Source: Candidatus Omnitrophota bacterium | GTDB lineage: Bacteria; Omnitrophota; Gorgyraeia; Duberdicusellales; 4484-171 | Direction of reading: 5' to 3' | DNA length: 64,000 bases | NCBI GenBank assembly: GCA_043815185.1 | Contig: JBDRJF010000026.1 | Coordinates: 773 to 64,772 of the forward strand | Notes under the pieces: generated by a model | Told to the model about the DNA's origin: nothing | Databases searched by the model: none | The model's input: the letters and a program-made list of their open reading frames with translations, nothing else | Part shown: one piece after another, positions 1 through 9,911 of the stretch | How positions within the stretch are numbered: position 1 is the first letter of the stretch | Layout of the letters: each line of letters begins with the position of its first letter | Translations under genes and position numbers: made by a program

Positions 1-771
1 CAGAATTGCCATATGCAGGGAAAGTCTGTAGAAGGTGATGTAGTCAAAGCTTTAGGTTTTTTCAATAATCTATCTTCAAAAAGATTAGATGTTATTGTTA
101 TTACCCGGGGCGGAGGCTCAACAGCAGACTTAGCTTATTTTGATAATAAAAAGATTGCTGAAAGCATTGCTGAATCAAATTTTCCGATTATTTCTGCCAT
201 AGGGCATCAGATAAATACTACTATTATTGACATGGTTTCTTATACCTTTTGCATAACTCCTACCAAAGCTGCCGGGTTTTTAGTCGAGAGAATAAGAGAG
301 GCAGCAGAAAATTTGGATTACCTAGAAGAGGAGATTGTCAGGAGGAGTGAAAATTTTATATCTGGCAAGAAAACTCAACTACAGAGTTTAGCGGCAAAGA
401 CAGAATTGCTATCATCGCGGTATTTTAGAGTTCATCAGGAGGAGCTTTCAAGTAAGAAACATAATATTCTAAGTGCTTTAAAAATTGCCTTAACAAAGAA
501 TAAAGAGTCTCTTAAAAGAAGCGTTGATACTCTAAGTTCGTCTTTGGATAAGATATTTAAGAGTTCTCGAGAGTATCTAAGGTATTTGGATGGGAAGGTA
601 AAGATTCTTTCACCTCAAAATACTTTAAAGCGAGGTTATTCGATAACTCTTAAAGGAAAAAAAGCATTAAAGCTTATTAGCGATGTTAGTGAGGGTGATT
701 TGATTAAAACAGTTCTTTATCAGGGGAACATAGTTTCAAAAGTGAAAAAAAAGGAGAGGAACGATGGGTAA
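1..771 (+). CDS. xseA: Exodeoxyribonuclease VII large subunit, C-terminal part (5' end outside window)
   Basis: Frame is open back to nt 1. ITRGGGSTADL...AIGHQINTT motif and a long helical tail are typical of XseA. It overlaps xseB by 8 nt. Confidence 0.85.
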   Translation, partial: QNCHMQGKSVEGDVVKALGFFNNLSSKRLDVIVITRGGGSTADLAYFDNKKIAESIAESNFPIISAIGHQINTTIIDMVSYTFCITPTKAAGFLVERIREAAENLDYLEEEIVRRSENFISGKKTQLQSLAAKTELLSSRYFRVHQEELSSKKHNILSALKIALTKNKESLKRSVDTLSSSLDKIFKSSREYLRYLDGKVKILSPQNTLKRGYSITLKGKKALKLISDVSEGDLIKTVLYQGNIVSKVKKKERNDG

Positions 772-979
772 AAAATCTATAAAGTATAGTGAAGCTGTAG
801 AGGAGTTAAATGAGATACTTTCAGGGCTTGAATCAGAGAGGGTTGATGTTGACGATGTGGCTGTTAAGGTAAAAAAGGCCATAGAACTCATTAAGCTTTG
901 CCGGGAAAGGATAGAAAAAACAGAGCTAGAAGTAATAAAAATCGTTAAAGAATTCGAGAAGGATTCAAAACATGAATGA
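764..979 (+). CDS. xseB: Exodeoxyribonuclease VII small subunit
   Basis: 71-aa helical protein directly after xseA. Pattern EAVEELNEILSGLESERVDVDD...I..C matches XseB. Confidence 0.8.
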   Translation: MGKKSIKYSEAVEELNEILSGLESERVDVDDVAVKVKKAIELIKLCRERIEKTELEVIKIVKEFEKDSKHE

Positions 980-1043
980 GTGGAATGAAAAAAGCATGTT
1001 TAATGATAGGAGTATAGGATGTTTATAAAAAGAGAAGATAGTA

Positions 1044-2414
1044 ATGGATAAAATCAAAAATATTCTTTTTCTGCAGCCTGCCGGAGGTGCCGAAAATTTT
1101 TCTCCCCCATTAGGTTTGGGGTATCTCGCTACATATGTTAAGAATAAATTACCGGCAGTGAAGGTTAAAATTGTAGATCTTGCGGTTGAAGAAATTAGAT
1201 TAAGCCGTCTAATTAATTCATTCAAGCCAAACATTATTGCCGTTACCGGTGTAACTCCAATGGCAAGAGTAATACGTTTATTGCTTGAAGAAATCCGTTC
1301 TTGCAATTCTGATATTCCTATTGTTATCGGAGGCCCGCATGCTTCGGCATTAAAAGCAAAAATATTCTGTTTGCCGGTTGATTTTGCAGTTATTGGAGAA
1401 GGCGAAGAAACATTCGCTGAGCTGATAGAAGCAATTAACAGCGGCCGTAATTTTTCGGAAGTAGACGGGATTATTTACCGCGAGCAAAACGGAAGCATAG
1501 TAGAAAATAGGCCGCGTGCTTTTATCGCCGATATCGATACTATACCCAAGATAGATTGGTCGCTTTTTAACATGAGTAGGTATACCATAAAAGGTACGAT
1601 CATATCGACAAGGGGATGCCCTTACAATTGCATTTTTTGCTCGCAGTCCTTCGGTAAAGGATGGAGAGCCCATTCTCCTGAATATATGTTCGATGTCATA
1701 AAGGAATTGGCCGATAAATACAGCGTGGAGACTATAAGATTAATGGATGATAATCCTTTGATTAAAAAATCCCGTTTTCAGAAAATCTGCGACATGATTT
1801 TAAACAGCGATTACCACAAAAAGATCAAGATTGAACTTAATCATGGGACTAGGATGGATATAGTAGACAAGGATCTTTTTTTACTTTTAAAGAAAGTCGG
1901 CGTTAAAAAGATATGGTTCGGGCTAGAATCTGCTAATCCGGAAGTTTTGGAAGGCATGAGAAAACAGTTATCGTTAGAAAATATAGGGAAGGCTATAGAA
2001 ATTACACGTTCGCTCGGATTTATGATCAATGCTTTTATTACTATCGGAATGCCAGGGGATAATTACAATCGGAGCATACAAACAATGAGGTACGTAAAAA
2101 AGAACAAGATTGATTTGGTTTCTCCTGCGGTAGCTACTCCGTTTCCAGGAACAGACTTATATGATTGGGTAGAGAAAAATGGACGGTGGATAAATAAGGA
2201 TTTTGAAACCTGGCATTCTACTCAATCCATATTGTTTGATACCCAAGATTTTTCTGCGAAACAAAGGGCTAAAACTTTAAGAAAATGGCTTATTTTTTGC
2301 GCTTTTAGAAGAATCCGATTAGCAATGCGGAACCCTGTTAACAGTATTAGATATGTATTAAGAAGCCCGGGATTAATAAAAGCTTCTATCGGTAATATGT
2401 TCGGAAGAACATAA
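1044..2414 (+). CDS. B12-binding-domain radical SAM protein
   Basis: N-terminal Rossmann-like B12-binding region (VTGVTP...VIGGPHAS), then the CPYNCIFCSQ CxxxCxxC cluster motif. Confidence 0.8.
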   Translation: MDKIKNILFLQPAGGAENFSPPLGLGYLATYVKNKLPAVKVKIVDLAVEEIRLSRLINSFKPNIIAVTGVTPMARVIRLLLEEIRSCNSDIPIVIGGPHASALKAKIFCLPVDFAVIGEGEETFAELIEAINSGRNFSEVDGIIYREQNGSIVENRPRAFIADIDTIPKIDWSLFNMSRYTIKGTIISTRGCPYNCIFCSQSFGKGWRAHSPEYMFDVIKELADKYSVETIRLMDDNPLIKKSRFQKICDMILNSDYHKKIKIELNHGTRMDIVDKDLFLLLKKVGVKKIWFGLESANPEVLEGMRKQLSLENIGKAIEITRSLGFMINAFITIGMPGDNYNRSIQTMRYVKKNKIDLVSPAVATPFPGTDLYDWVEKNGRWINKDFETWHSTQSILFDTQDFSAKQRAKTLRKWLIFCAFRRIRLAMRNPVNSIRYVLRSPGLIKASIGNMFGRT

Positions 2415-2415
2415 A

Positions 2416-3609
2416 GTGGTAGTATTACGCCCTTATCGGATAGGAGAAAAAGAGCAAGTGAGAAGATATAAAGTTTTACTGGTTTCTTGTATGGCCTGGT
2501 TTATTTTTCTCTGTTTTTTGCACTATTTTTCGGCAAGGCCTCTTTGGCTTGATGAGATTTCTGTTTTTAAAAATATCGAAACCTTTAAGCCAGCCCAGCT
2601 CCTCGGGCCTCTTGAACGTAGCCAAGCCTTTCCCAGAGTTTATCTTATTATAGTTAAGATTTTTTCTAGAATGTTTAACTATAGTATTCTTTCTTTAAGA
2701 TTCTTTTCGTTAATAAGTATGCTTGGTGCGTTTTTTATCTGGAAAAAATTATACAAGGATTCACTATCTAATCAATGGCAATTTCTGCTGGTTTTATTTT
2801 CTTTTGCCAGCAGTTACGCCTTCAGTTATTATGCTGCCGAGCTAAAGCCCTATTCGCTTGATGTTTTAGTTGTGGGAATCTTTTGTCTTTATTTTATTCA
2901 TCAGCGGCGGCTTGCCAATAGCCAGCCTTCGAAACTTTTTATCCTGGCAACCCTTCTATTGCCGTTTACTCTTCTCTTATCCTATGGCAGCTTTTTTGTC
3001 TTTTGGATTGTTGTTTATAATTTTTTATTTCGGGTTAGGAGAAATCGCAAAATCTTACCCTTAATTTTAGGCTATATAACTATTTCGTTAGTAGTTATGT
3101 TTTTTGCTTACCGGTTCGATTTAAAACACGGCCTGGACATCAGGGGTCTTTTCATCTATTGGGACGATTATTTTATATCGACTAAATCCCCTTATTATTT
3201 CTTTAAGTCATTGGGAGAAGGGCTGAGGAAATTAACAGTCTGGTGGTTTGGTAATAGCAATTTTTTCAGAAGAACCGCATCTATTTTTATCCCCTTCTTT
3301 ATAATCTCACTGTTTGGTTATGGTATTAGGTCTATTCGAAAGGATAAATTCAGGCTTATGAGTATCGATGCAATCGGTATGGTTATCTTCCTGGAACTAG
3401 TTGTTTTAGGGCTATTGAAGAAATACCCTTTTACCGGCGAGAGAATAACCCTGTTTTTTGCACCCTTTGTTTTCTATTTCATTGTAAAGGCTATTAGTTC
3501 TTTTAGGAAAATTAAGCCTTTATACCTGGGGTTTAGTGTTTTCTATATTGTTTTCCTTCTTATCTGCGGTATAAATACTTTTCTGGCTCATTTAAAATTT
3601 TACGGATAA
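2416..3609 (+). CDS. Polytopic membrane protein, GT-C / PMT_2 (ArnT-like) glycosyltransferase candidate
   Basis: About 10 predicted TM helices. RPLWLDE acidic motif after TM1 resembles GT-C enzymes. GTG start; an alternative GTG lies at 2458. Sits between the radical SAM and GT2 genes. Confidence 0.5.
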   Translation: MVVLRPYRIGEKEQVRRYKVLLVSCMAWFIFLCFLHYFSARPLWLDEISVFKNIETFKPAQLLGPLERSQAFPRVYLIIVKIFSRMFNYSILSLRFFSLISMLGAFFIWKKLYKDSLSNQWQFLLVLFSFASSYAFSYYAAELKPYSLDVLVVGIFCLYFIHQRRLANSQPSKLFILATLLLPFTLLLSYGSFFVFWIVVYNFLFRVRRNRKILPLILGYITISLVVMFFAYRFDLKHGLDIRGLFIYWDDYFISTKSPYYFFKSLGEGLRKLTVWWFGNSNFFRRTASIFIPFFIISLFGYGIRSIRKDKFRLMSIDAIGMVIFLELVVLGLLKKYPFTGERITLFFAPFVFYFIVKAISSFRKIKPLYLGFSVFYIVFLLICGINTFLAHLKFYG

Positions 3610-3641
3610 GTTGATAACTTAATTAATAGTAGGAGTAAAAA

Positions 3642-4340
3642 ATGGATAATTTTCTTTTATCAATAGTTATCCCTTGTTTTAACGAAAAAGAGTTTGTGAA
3701 GGAGTTGGTAGATAGAGTAAGAAACACCTCTATAGTCAATAAAGAGATAATTTTAATTGATGATGGTTCTACTGACGGGACAAAAGATATTATTAAAAAT
3801 GAAATAGAGCAAAAGGTAACCAAGGTAATTTATCACGACAGGAACCTGGGCAAGGGCGCAGCTTTACGGAGCGGATTCAAGGAAGTTCGAGGAGATATAA
3901 TTATTGTCCAGGATGCTGATTTAGAATATGACCCCCAGGAGTATCCCCGGCTGATTAAACCCATTTTAGATGGCAAGGCCGATGTGGTCTATGGTTCAAG
4001 ATTTGTGGGCTCCCAGGAGCATCGGGTTTTATATTTTTGGCATATGATGGGGAACAAATTTCTTACTCTTATTTCTAATATATTTACCAACCTTAATCTT
4101 ACTGACGTAGAGACTTGTTATAAAGTTTTCAAGAAAGATATTCTGGGTAAGGTTTCTTTGCAGGAGAGTGGATTCGAATTTGATCCGGAAATTACTGCAA
4201 AAGTGGCAAAATTAAAGTGTAGGATTTATGAAGTGGGAATTTCTTATAGCGGAAGGACTTATGCCCAGGGTAAAAAGATCGGCTGGCAAGACGGGCTAAA
4301 GGCTTTGGCGGCCATCATTAAATATAATTTTATTGGATAA
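3642..4340 (+). CDS. Family 2 glycosyltransferase (polyprenol-phosphate sugar synthase-like)
   Basis: SIVIPCFNE...IDDGSTDGT...[10 protein letters not shown]...YGSRF pattern of DPM1/ArnC-like GT2 enzymes. Confidence 0.85.
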   Translation: MDNFLLSIVIPCFNEKEFVKELVDRVRNTSIVNKEIILIDDGSTDGTKDIIKNEIEQKVTKVIYHDRNLGKGAALRSGFKEVRGDIIIVQDADLEYDPQEYPRLIKPILDGKADVVYGSRFVGSQEHRVLYFWHMMGNKFLTLISNIFTNLNLTDVETCYKVFKKDILGKVSLQESGFEFDPEITAKVAKLKCRIYEVGISYSGRTYAQGKKIGWQDGLKALAAIIKYNFIG

Positions 4341-4438
4341 GCCCTAGGTTAAATCAGTTTTGGCCCTAAAACCGGACATTTCTACTTTGCTAAAAAAAGG
4401 ACATTTCTAAGTGTGATTGGCAGCCCTAAAAACAGGGG

Positions 4439-4467
4439 TTGACCTTTTCCAATACTTCTGTTACAAT
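4439..4467 (+). promoter_or_regulatory. Sigma-70-like promoter (TTGACC-17-TACAAT)
   Basis: Near-consensus -35 and -10 hexamers with a 17-nt spacer, 114 nt upstream of rpsO. Confidence 0.4.
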
Positions 4468-4539
4468 GGTTTCGCTTAAAAGAAGCGGTTAGTAGTAAAT
4501 CCCGCCTTATTTTTGAGTAAAAGCTATTAGTCGATAGGG

Positions 4540-4568
4540 TTGACAGATTAATACTAAGAGGGTATTAT
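4540..4568 (+). promoter_or_regulatory. Sigma-70-like promoter (TTGACA-17-TATTAT)
   Basis: Consensus -35 with a 17-nt spacer. The -10 ends only 12 nt before the rpsO ATG, which implies a very short leader. Confidence 0.4.
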
Positions 4569-4580
4569 AGAGTTTATATT

Positions 4581-4841
4581 ATGATAAATAAGACTAAAAA
4601 GAAGCAAATAATCGATAAGTTTAAGGAGCATGTAGAGGATACCGGTTCAGCAGCAGTGCAGATTGCTTTGCTTAGTGAGAGAGTAAGCTATCTTACCGAG
4701 CACCTCAAGAAGCACAAGAAGGATTTTCATTCCCGCCGAGGCCTTTTAATCCTCATCGGAAGACGCCGTCGTTTGATTACTTACCTTAGAGATAAAGACC
4801 CTCAAAGTTACGGAGAGGTTGTAAAGGAGCTTAAGATTTAA
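4581..4841 (+). CDS. rpsO: 30S ribosomal protein S15
   Basis: 86 aa. GSAAVQIALLSERVSYLTEHLKKHKKDFHSRRGLL is a canonical S15 sequence. pnp follows. Confidence 0.95.
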   Translation: MINKTKKKQIIDKFKEHVEDTGSAAVQIALLSERVSYLTEHLKKHKKDFHSRRGLLILIGRRRRLITYLRDKDPQSYGEVVKELKI

Positions 4842-4845
4842 TAGA

Positions 4846-6927
4846 ATGGTTACTTCGTTGTCGATTCCCAATTTAGGAAAGAATGCTTTTGTTTTCTCAG
4901 CCGGCAAATGGGCTAAACAAGCAAATGGCAGTGTTAGTGTCTCTTATGGCGATACGGTTGTTTTGGCCACTGCTTGTATGTCCCAAGATGCATCTAGCGG
5001 TAGAGGGTTTTTCCCTTTAATGGTAGAGTATCAAGAGAGGACCTATGCTATGGGGAAAATCCCCGGTGGTTTTTTCAAAAAAGAAGGCAGGCCTAAAGAT
5101 AAAGAGATACTCACCGCTCGTCTTATTGACCGCCCTTTAAGACCCCTTTTCCCTCAAGGGATGGCTAATGAAGTTCAGATCATTGCCATGGTTTTATCCA
5201 GTGATGGTAAGAATGATCCTGATATTTTAGCCGTTAATGCTGCCAGTTGTGCTCTTCTCATCTCAGATATTCCTTTTGTTAATCCTGTGGGAGCAGTAAG
5301 GGTGGCGAAAACCGGAGATAAGTTTGTGGTTAACCCTATTTATGAGGAGCGAGAAGATTCCCCCATGGATTTAGTGGTGGTAGGGACGGAAAATAAGATA
5401 ATAATGCTTGAGGGTGGACTTAACCAGATTCCAGAGAAAGAAGTTCTGGAAGCAATAAAATTCGCTCATCCTTTTATAAAAGAAATAATTAAATTGCAGC
5501 ACGAATTTAGGAAGAAGGCAGGTAAAGATAAAAAAGAAGTTCCTTTACTTGAAGTAGATAAAGAGCTATTGAATAACCTGCGCAATAAAATTGGTGCGAA
5601 ATTAGAAAAGTCCTACGGTTTACCCAGTAAGGAAGAAAAAGGGGCATTTATAAGTCAGATAGCCTGTTCATTAAAAGAAGAATTAGTAAGTGAGAAGTCG
5701 GGAGTTACTGACCAGGATATAGAAAATGCATTAGATATTTTAGAGGAAGAAGTTTTACGCAGGAAAATATTAAAAGAGGAGAAGCGGCCTGACGGCAGGT
5801 CTCTCAAAGATATCAGGTCGATTGAATGTGTAGTTAAGGCTTTACCGCGTACCCATGGTTCAGCTACTTTTACTCGGGGGCAGACTCAATCTTTGGCAAT
5901 TACAACTTTAGGAACTAGCTCTGATGCACAGTTTATCGAGGCTTTAGAAGGAGAGAGTTCAAAGCATTTTATGTTGCACTACAGTTTCCCCCCTTTTAGC
6001 GTCGGTGAGGTAAAATTTATGCGTGGGCCTTCCCGGAGGGATATCGGCCACGGTGCTTTGGCTGAAAAATCACTTGCTCCAATCATCCCTTCCAAGGAGA
6101 AATTTCCTTATACTATTCGGATAGTCTCCGAGATTTTAGAATCAAATGGCTCTTCATCTATGGCTTCGGTATGTGCCGGCTCATTATCACTGATGGATGC
6201 CGGTGTCCCGATAGAAGAAGCAGTAGCTGGTATTGCCATAGGTTTAATTAGTAAAGATAAAGACTATAAGATTCTTACTGACATTGCTGGAGCCGAAGAC
6301 CACTATGGCGATATGGATTTTAAAGTTGCCGGAACTGTAAATGGCATTAACGCTATTCAATTAGATACAAAAATAGACGGATTAACATTTGAGATTATTG
6401 AAGAAACTTTAGAAAGAGCCCAAGAAGCGCGCTTATTCATTTTAGAAAAGATGAAGGACGCTATCGCTTCATCACGAAACGAGCTTTCAGAATATGCGCC
6501 GAAGATAAAGTCATTTGCCGTAAATCCTGACAAGATCGGGGCGATTATCGGCCCTGGCGGCAAGATAATAAAGCGAATTCAGCGGGAAAATAATGTTAAT
6601 GTGGATATTGATGATGAGACAAGTGTAGTTTCAGTGGCAGCCCAGACAGTTGAAGATTTAGAACGAGCTGTAAAACAGATCACTAATTTAGTTAAGGATA
6701 TAGAAGTTGGAGAAATTTACGAGGTTAAAGTTGAAAAAATAGTTAATTTTGGTGCATTTTGCGAAATTGCACCGGGAAAGAGCGGTTTAATCCATGTCTC
6801 CGAACTTTCTAATGAATTTGTTAAAGATGTAGAAAGTTTTCTAAAAGAAGGAGATATTCTGAAAGCAAAAGTCATCGGAATTGATCCTCAAGGAAAAATT
6901 AGACTTAGCTTGAAGCAAGCAAAATAA
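4846..6927 (+). CDS. pnp: Polyribonucleotide nucleotidyltransferase (PNPase)
   Basis: Two RNase PH domains, then KH (GPGGKIIKRI) and S1 (GEIYEVKVEKIVNFGAFCEI) domains. Confidence 0.97.
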   Translation: MVTSLSIPNLGKNAFVFSAGKWAKQANGSVSVSYGDTVVLATACMSQDASSGRGFFPLMVEYQERTYAMGKIPGGFFKKEGRPKDKEILTARLIDRPLRPLFPQGMANEVQIIAMVLSSDGKNDPDILAVNAASCALLISDIPFVNPVGAVRVAKTGDKFVVNPIYEEREDSPMDLVVVGTENKIIMLEGGLNQIPEKEVLEAIKFAHPFIKEIIKLQHEFRKKAGKDKKEVPLLEVDKELLNNLRNKIGAKLEKSYGLPSKEEKGAFISQIACSLKEELVSEKSGVTDQDIENALDILEEEVLRRKILKEEKRPDGRSLKDIRSIECVVKALPRTHGSATFTRGQTQSLAITTLGTSSDAQFIEALEGESSKHFMLHYSFPPFSVGEVKFMRGPSRRDIGHGALAEKSLAPIIPSKEKFPYTIRIVSEILESNGSSSMASVCAGSLSLMDAGVPIEEAVAGIAIGLISKDKDYKILTDIAGAEDHYGDMDFKVAGTVNGINAIQLDTKIDGLTFEIIEETLERAQEARLFILEKMKDAIASSRNELSEYAPKIKSFAVNPDKIGAIIGPGGKIIKRIQRENNVNVDIDDETSVVSVAAQTVEDLERAVKQITNLVKDIEVGEIYEVKVEKIVNFGAFCEIAPGKSGLIHVSELSNEFVKDVESFLKEGDILKAKVIGIDPQGKIRLSLKQAK

Positions 6928-9167
6928 TGAGGCACCTCTCTTCTTTCCTGAAGAGTACCATTCTGTTTCTTGTAGCTATATTGGTGGTTTTGAGTTTAGT
7001 TTCTTACAGCCCCAAAGATATCAAACTCCTTAATTCTCCTGCCCCGGAAACTATTTCTAATTTTATTGGTCTTGGCGGGGCTTATTTAGCCTTTTTTCTT
7101 CGTTTTATTCTTGGTTTTGCAGCTTACTTTATACCTTTCTCTCTCTTCTTCTTAAGTTTAGATAAGTTAGGCTTTTTACGTTTCTCGGGACTGGGGAAAA
7201 GCAAAGTTATTAATATCTTAGCTTTTCTATTCTTCATTATATTTCTTTCGGCGTTTATAGGATTATTTCCAAAAGTCGAATCTGAAGTATTTGCTGCTGC
7301 CGGAGTCATCGGATTCTTCCTGGCTTCATTCTTCAAAAAATACTTAGCCCTGGGGTCTTTTGTTACAATTTTTCTACTTTTAGCGGTAAATGCTATTTTA
7401 TTTTTCGGTTTTTTCTTTGTTGACATTGCAAAAGGAGTAAAAAATTTCATAGCTAAACTTATTGTTTTCTTAAATGATTTAAGGCAGACAAGCGAGAGCA
7501 GGGTCATCGCCAAGCGGAGAAAACTTCAAATAAATCCCAGAGATACCCTAGTGAAGACAGATTCAAAGCTAAAACCGGAGATAAAAGTTTACGCTCCTAA
7601 GGTTGATTCATACCCTGAGAAAGATTTGTCGGTTCCTTTGGGAGCAGATAGCTCTAATTCAGTAACAAAAAGTACTCTCAGGCCGATTAGCAGAGATAAA
7701 GTAAGGAAGAAAATTGAAGATTTAGAAAATTCCGGAGGCAAGACCTTTGACTCCGCCACCTATAAGCTGCCTTATCCGGGACTTTTAAAAGTTCCGCCTT
7801 TCCCTGACCAGCGGGAGGCAAAAGAGAACATCGAAGGCAATATTAAGAATTTGGAAACTACTCTTTCTGATTTTGGGGTAATGGCTAAGGTGGTTAGCGT
7901 ACAGAGAGGGCCGGTAATTACCATGTATGAGCTCCAGCCGCAGGCCGGAGTCAAAATAAATAGGATTTCTACTTTAGCTGATGATATTGCTTTAGCTATG
8001 AAGTCTTCACAGGTTAGGGTTGTTGCTCCTATTCCCGGCAGAGGTACAGTGGGGGTTGAGATTCCCAATATAAAAAAGCACCTTGTTTATTTGCGTGAAG
8101 TGTTAGAAGAGAAGGCATTTACTAAAGCAAGTTCTAAGCTTACTCTGGCAATCGGAAAAGATGTATCCGGTAATCCGGTTGTTGCCGATCTTAACGATAT
8201 GCCTCACCTTTTAATTGCCGGAGCTACTGGTGCCGGTAAGACTGTTTGTGTTAATTCTTTAATTTCTTCGATAATTTTTAAGGCTAAGCCCGATGAAGTT
8301 AAGTTCATTATGATTGATCCAAAAATGGTAGAGTTAGCATCTTTTGCCGGTATTCCCCATCTTATACATCCGATTATCTCCGATGCTAAGAAGGCCTTTG
8401 CTGCCCTGAATTGGGCCGTAGAGGAGATGGGGCGAAGATATCAATCCTTAGCCGGTGAAGGGTGCCGAAACATAGATAGTTATAATAATAGTCATAACGG
8501 TGAGGCTAAACTTCCTTATATTATAATTATTGTTGATGAGCTGGCTGATTTGATGATAGTAGCCAGAGAAAGCATTGAGGTTGCAATCCAGCGGTTGGCT
8601 CAACTTTCCCGGGCTGTAGGCATTCACCTTATCCTGGCTACTCAAAGGCCATCAGTAGATGTAATTACCGGTGTAATCAAAGCTAATTTTCCGGCCCGGA
8701 TATCATTCAAAGTCGCATCAAGAGTTGATTCCCGGACAGTCTTGGATATGATGGGAGCTGATAAGCTTATCGGTAAGGGTGATTTATTGTTCTTAAAGCC
8801 GGGAGCAGCAAAGTTAATTCGGGTTCAAGGCTCATTAATTGATGATGAGGATATTGATGCTGTTACTAATTTTATCCGGGAACAAGGTAAACCTATTTAC
8901 GAGAAAGCTATTGCTGAGAGCGAGAAAAAGAAGGCTATAGATATAGAAAAGGATGAGCTTTTTGATGAGGCCATAAAAGTTATTTTACAGGCTCGTCAGG
9001 CTTCCGCATCTCTGCTGCAGCGAAGAATGCGGGTAGGTTATACCCGGGCAGCCCGACTCCTGGATTTGATGGAGCAGGATGGTATTGTCGGTCCTTTTTG
9101 CGGTTCCAAAGCCCGGGAGATCCTGGTTGATTCCGAGAGCTACCTGGAGCAAAAGGAGCAGGTATGA
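6927..9167 (+). CDS. ftsK: DNA translocase FtsK
   Basis: N-terminal TM helices, a linker, Walker A GATGAGKT, and a C-terminal gamma domain (LLQRRMRVGYTRAARLLDLMEQDGIVGP). Confidence 0.95.
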   Translation: MRHLSSFLKSTILFLVAILVVLSLVSYSPKDIKLLNSPAPETISNFIGLGGAYLAFFLRFILGFAAYFIPFSLFFLSLDKLGFLRFSGLGKSKVINILAFLFFIIFLSAFIGLFPKVESEVFAAAGVIGFFLASFFKKYLALGSFVTIFLLLAVNAILFFGFFFVDIAKGVKNFIAKLIVFLNDLRQTSESRVIAKRRKLQINPRDTLVKTDSKLKPEIKVYAPKVDSYPEKDLSVPLGADSSNSVTKSTLRPISRDKVRKKIEDLENSGGKTFDSATYKLPYPGLLKVPPFPDQREAKENIEGNIKNLETTLSDFGVMAKVVSVQRGPVITMYELQPQAGVKINRISTLADDIALAMKSSQVRVVAPIPGRGTVGVEIPNIKKHLVYLREVLEEKAFTKASSKLTLAIGKDVSGNPVVADLNDMPHLLIAGATGAGKTVCVNSLISSIIFKAKPDEVKFIMIDPKMVELASFAGIPHLIHPIISDAKKAFAALNWAVEEMGRRYQSLAGEGCRNIDSYNNSHNGEAKLPYIIIIVDELADLMIVARESIEVAIQRLAQLSRAVGIHLILATQRPSVDVITGVIKANFPARISFKVASRVDSRTVLDMMGADKLIGKGDLLFLKPGAAKLIRVQGSLIDDEDIDAVTNFIREQGKPIYEKAIAESEKKKAIDIEKDELFDEAIKVILQARQASASLLQRRMRVGYTRAARLLDLMEQDGIVGPFCGSKAREILVDSESYLEQKEQV

Positions 9168-9907
9168 TCAAAGAGATATGTAATAAATTGAGGGACAAGC
9201 GAAAAGAGCTAGGTTATAGTATTGAATATGTTGTTGAGAAAACCAAATTATATCCTTCAATGATCAGGGATATTGAAGAGGGTAATTTAACCACCTTAAA
9301 CCCGACCTACCTTAAAGGCTTTGTAAAGATTTATGCTGCGTTTCTAAAGGTAGATGCCGGGGGCGCCCTGAATGATCTGGGCAGACTTGAACCTTTAGGT
9401 AAAGATAAGTTAAAATTAAAAAAGATAAGAGGAAATAATATTTTAGAAGGTATAGGGCGGATGATAAAACAGATACCTCCCGAAGTTAAGAGGAAAATTT
9501 TTCTTATATTGGCAGGGATAATCTTACTTTGGGGCTTTCTTGCTCTTGGCAGCTTTCTAATAAGAAAGGTTTCGCTTATTTTTACTGCGTCTCCAAAGGC
9601 TGCTGGGAAGCCAGAAGAGGAGTTAGCTCCGACAACCCCTTTGACTGAGGAGCTAGTAGCAACTCTTATCGTTAAGAAGAATTGTTTTCTCAAGGTTAGA
9701 GTTGATGGGGAAATCCTTTTTGAAGGAGTTCTCAAGAAAGGGGCCAGAGAGACCTGGCAAGGAGAGAAAGAGATAGCCTTGATGATTCGTGATGGTTCAG
9801 CCATAGCTTTGGAGGTAAATGGCAGAGCCATTCCCACCTTAAGTTCTTTGCGTAAACCGATAAAGAGCCTCAAAATAACACCTTCAGGAATAGTAGTCGA
9901 TAAATAA
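9164..9907 (+). CDS. RodZ-like cytoskeleton protein (XRE HTH + TM + DUF4115-like C-terminus)
   Basis: N-terminal HTH (LRDKRKELGYSIEYVVEKTKL), a single TM helix, and a C-terminal beta domain (VRVDGE...GEKEIALMIRDGSAIALEVNG). Confidence 0.7.
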   Translation: MIKEICNKLRDKRKELGYSIEYVVEKTKLYPSMIRDIEEGNLTTLNPTYLKGFVKIYAAFLKVDAGGALNDLGRLEPLGKDKLKLKKIRGNNILEGIGRMIKQIPPEVKRKIFLILAGIILLWGFLALGSFLIRKVSLIFTASPKAAGKPEEELAPTTPLTEELVATLIVKKNCFLKVRVDGEILFEGVLKKGARETWQGEKEIALMIRDGSAIALEVNGRAIPTLSSLRKPIKSLKITPSGIVVDK

Positions 9908-9911
9908 TAAT

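Noticed and set aside
1044-4340. Hopanoid side-chain (hpnJ/hpnI-like) cluster
   Set aside because: A B12-radical SAM plus GT2 pairing is reminiscent of it. However, no squalene-hopene cyclase, hpnH or hpnG lies in the window, and the middle gene looks GT-C-like, so the specific claim is unsupported.
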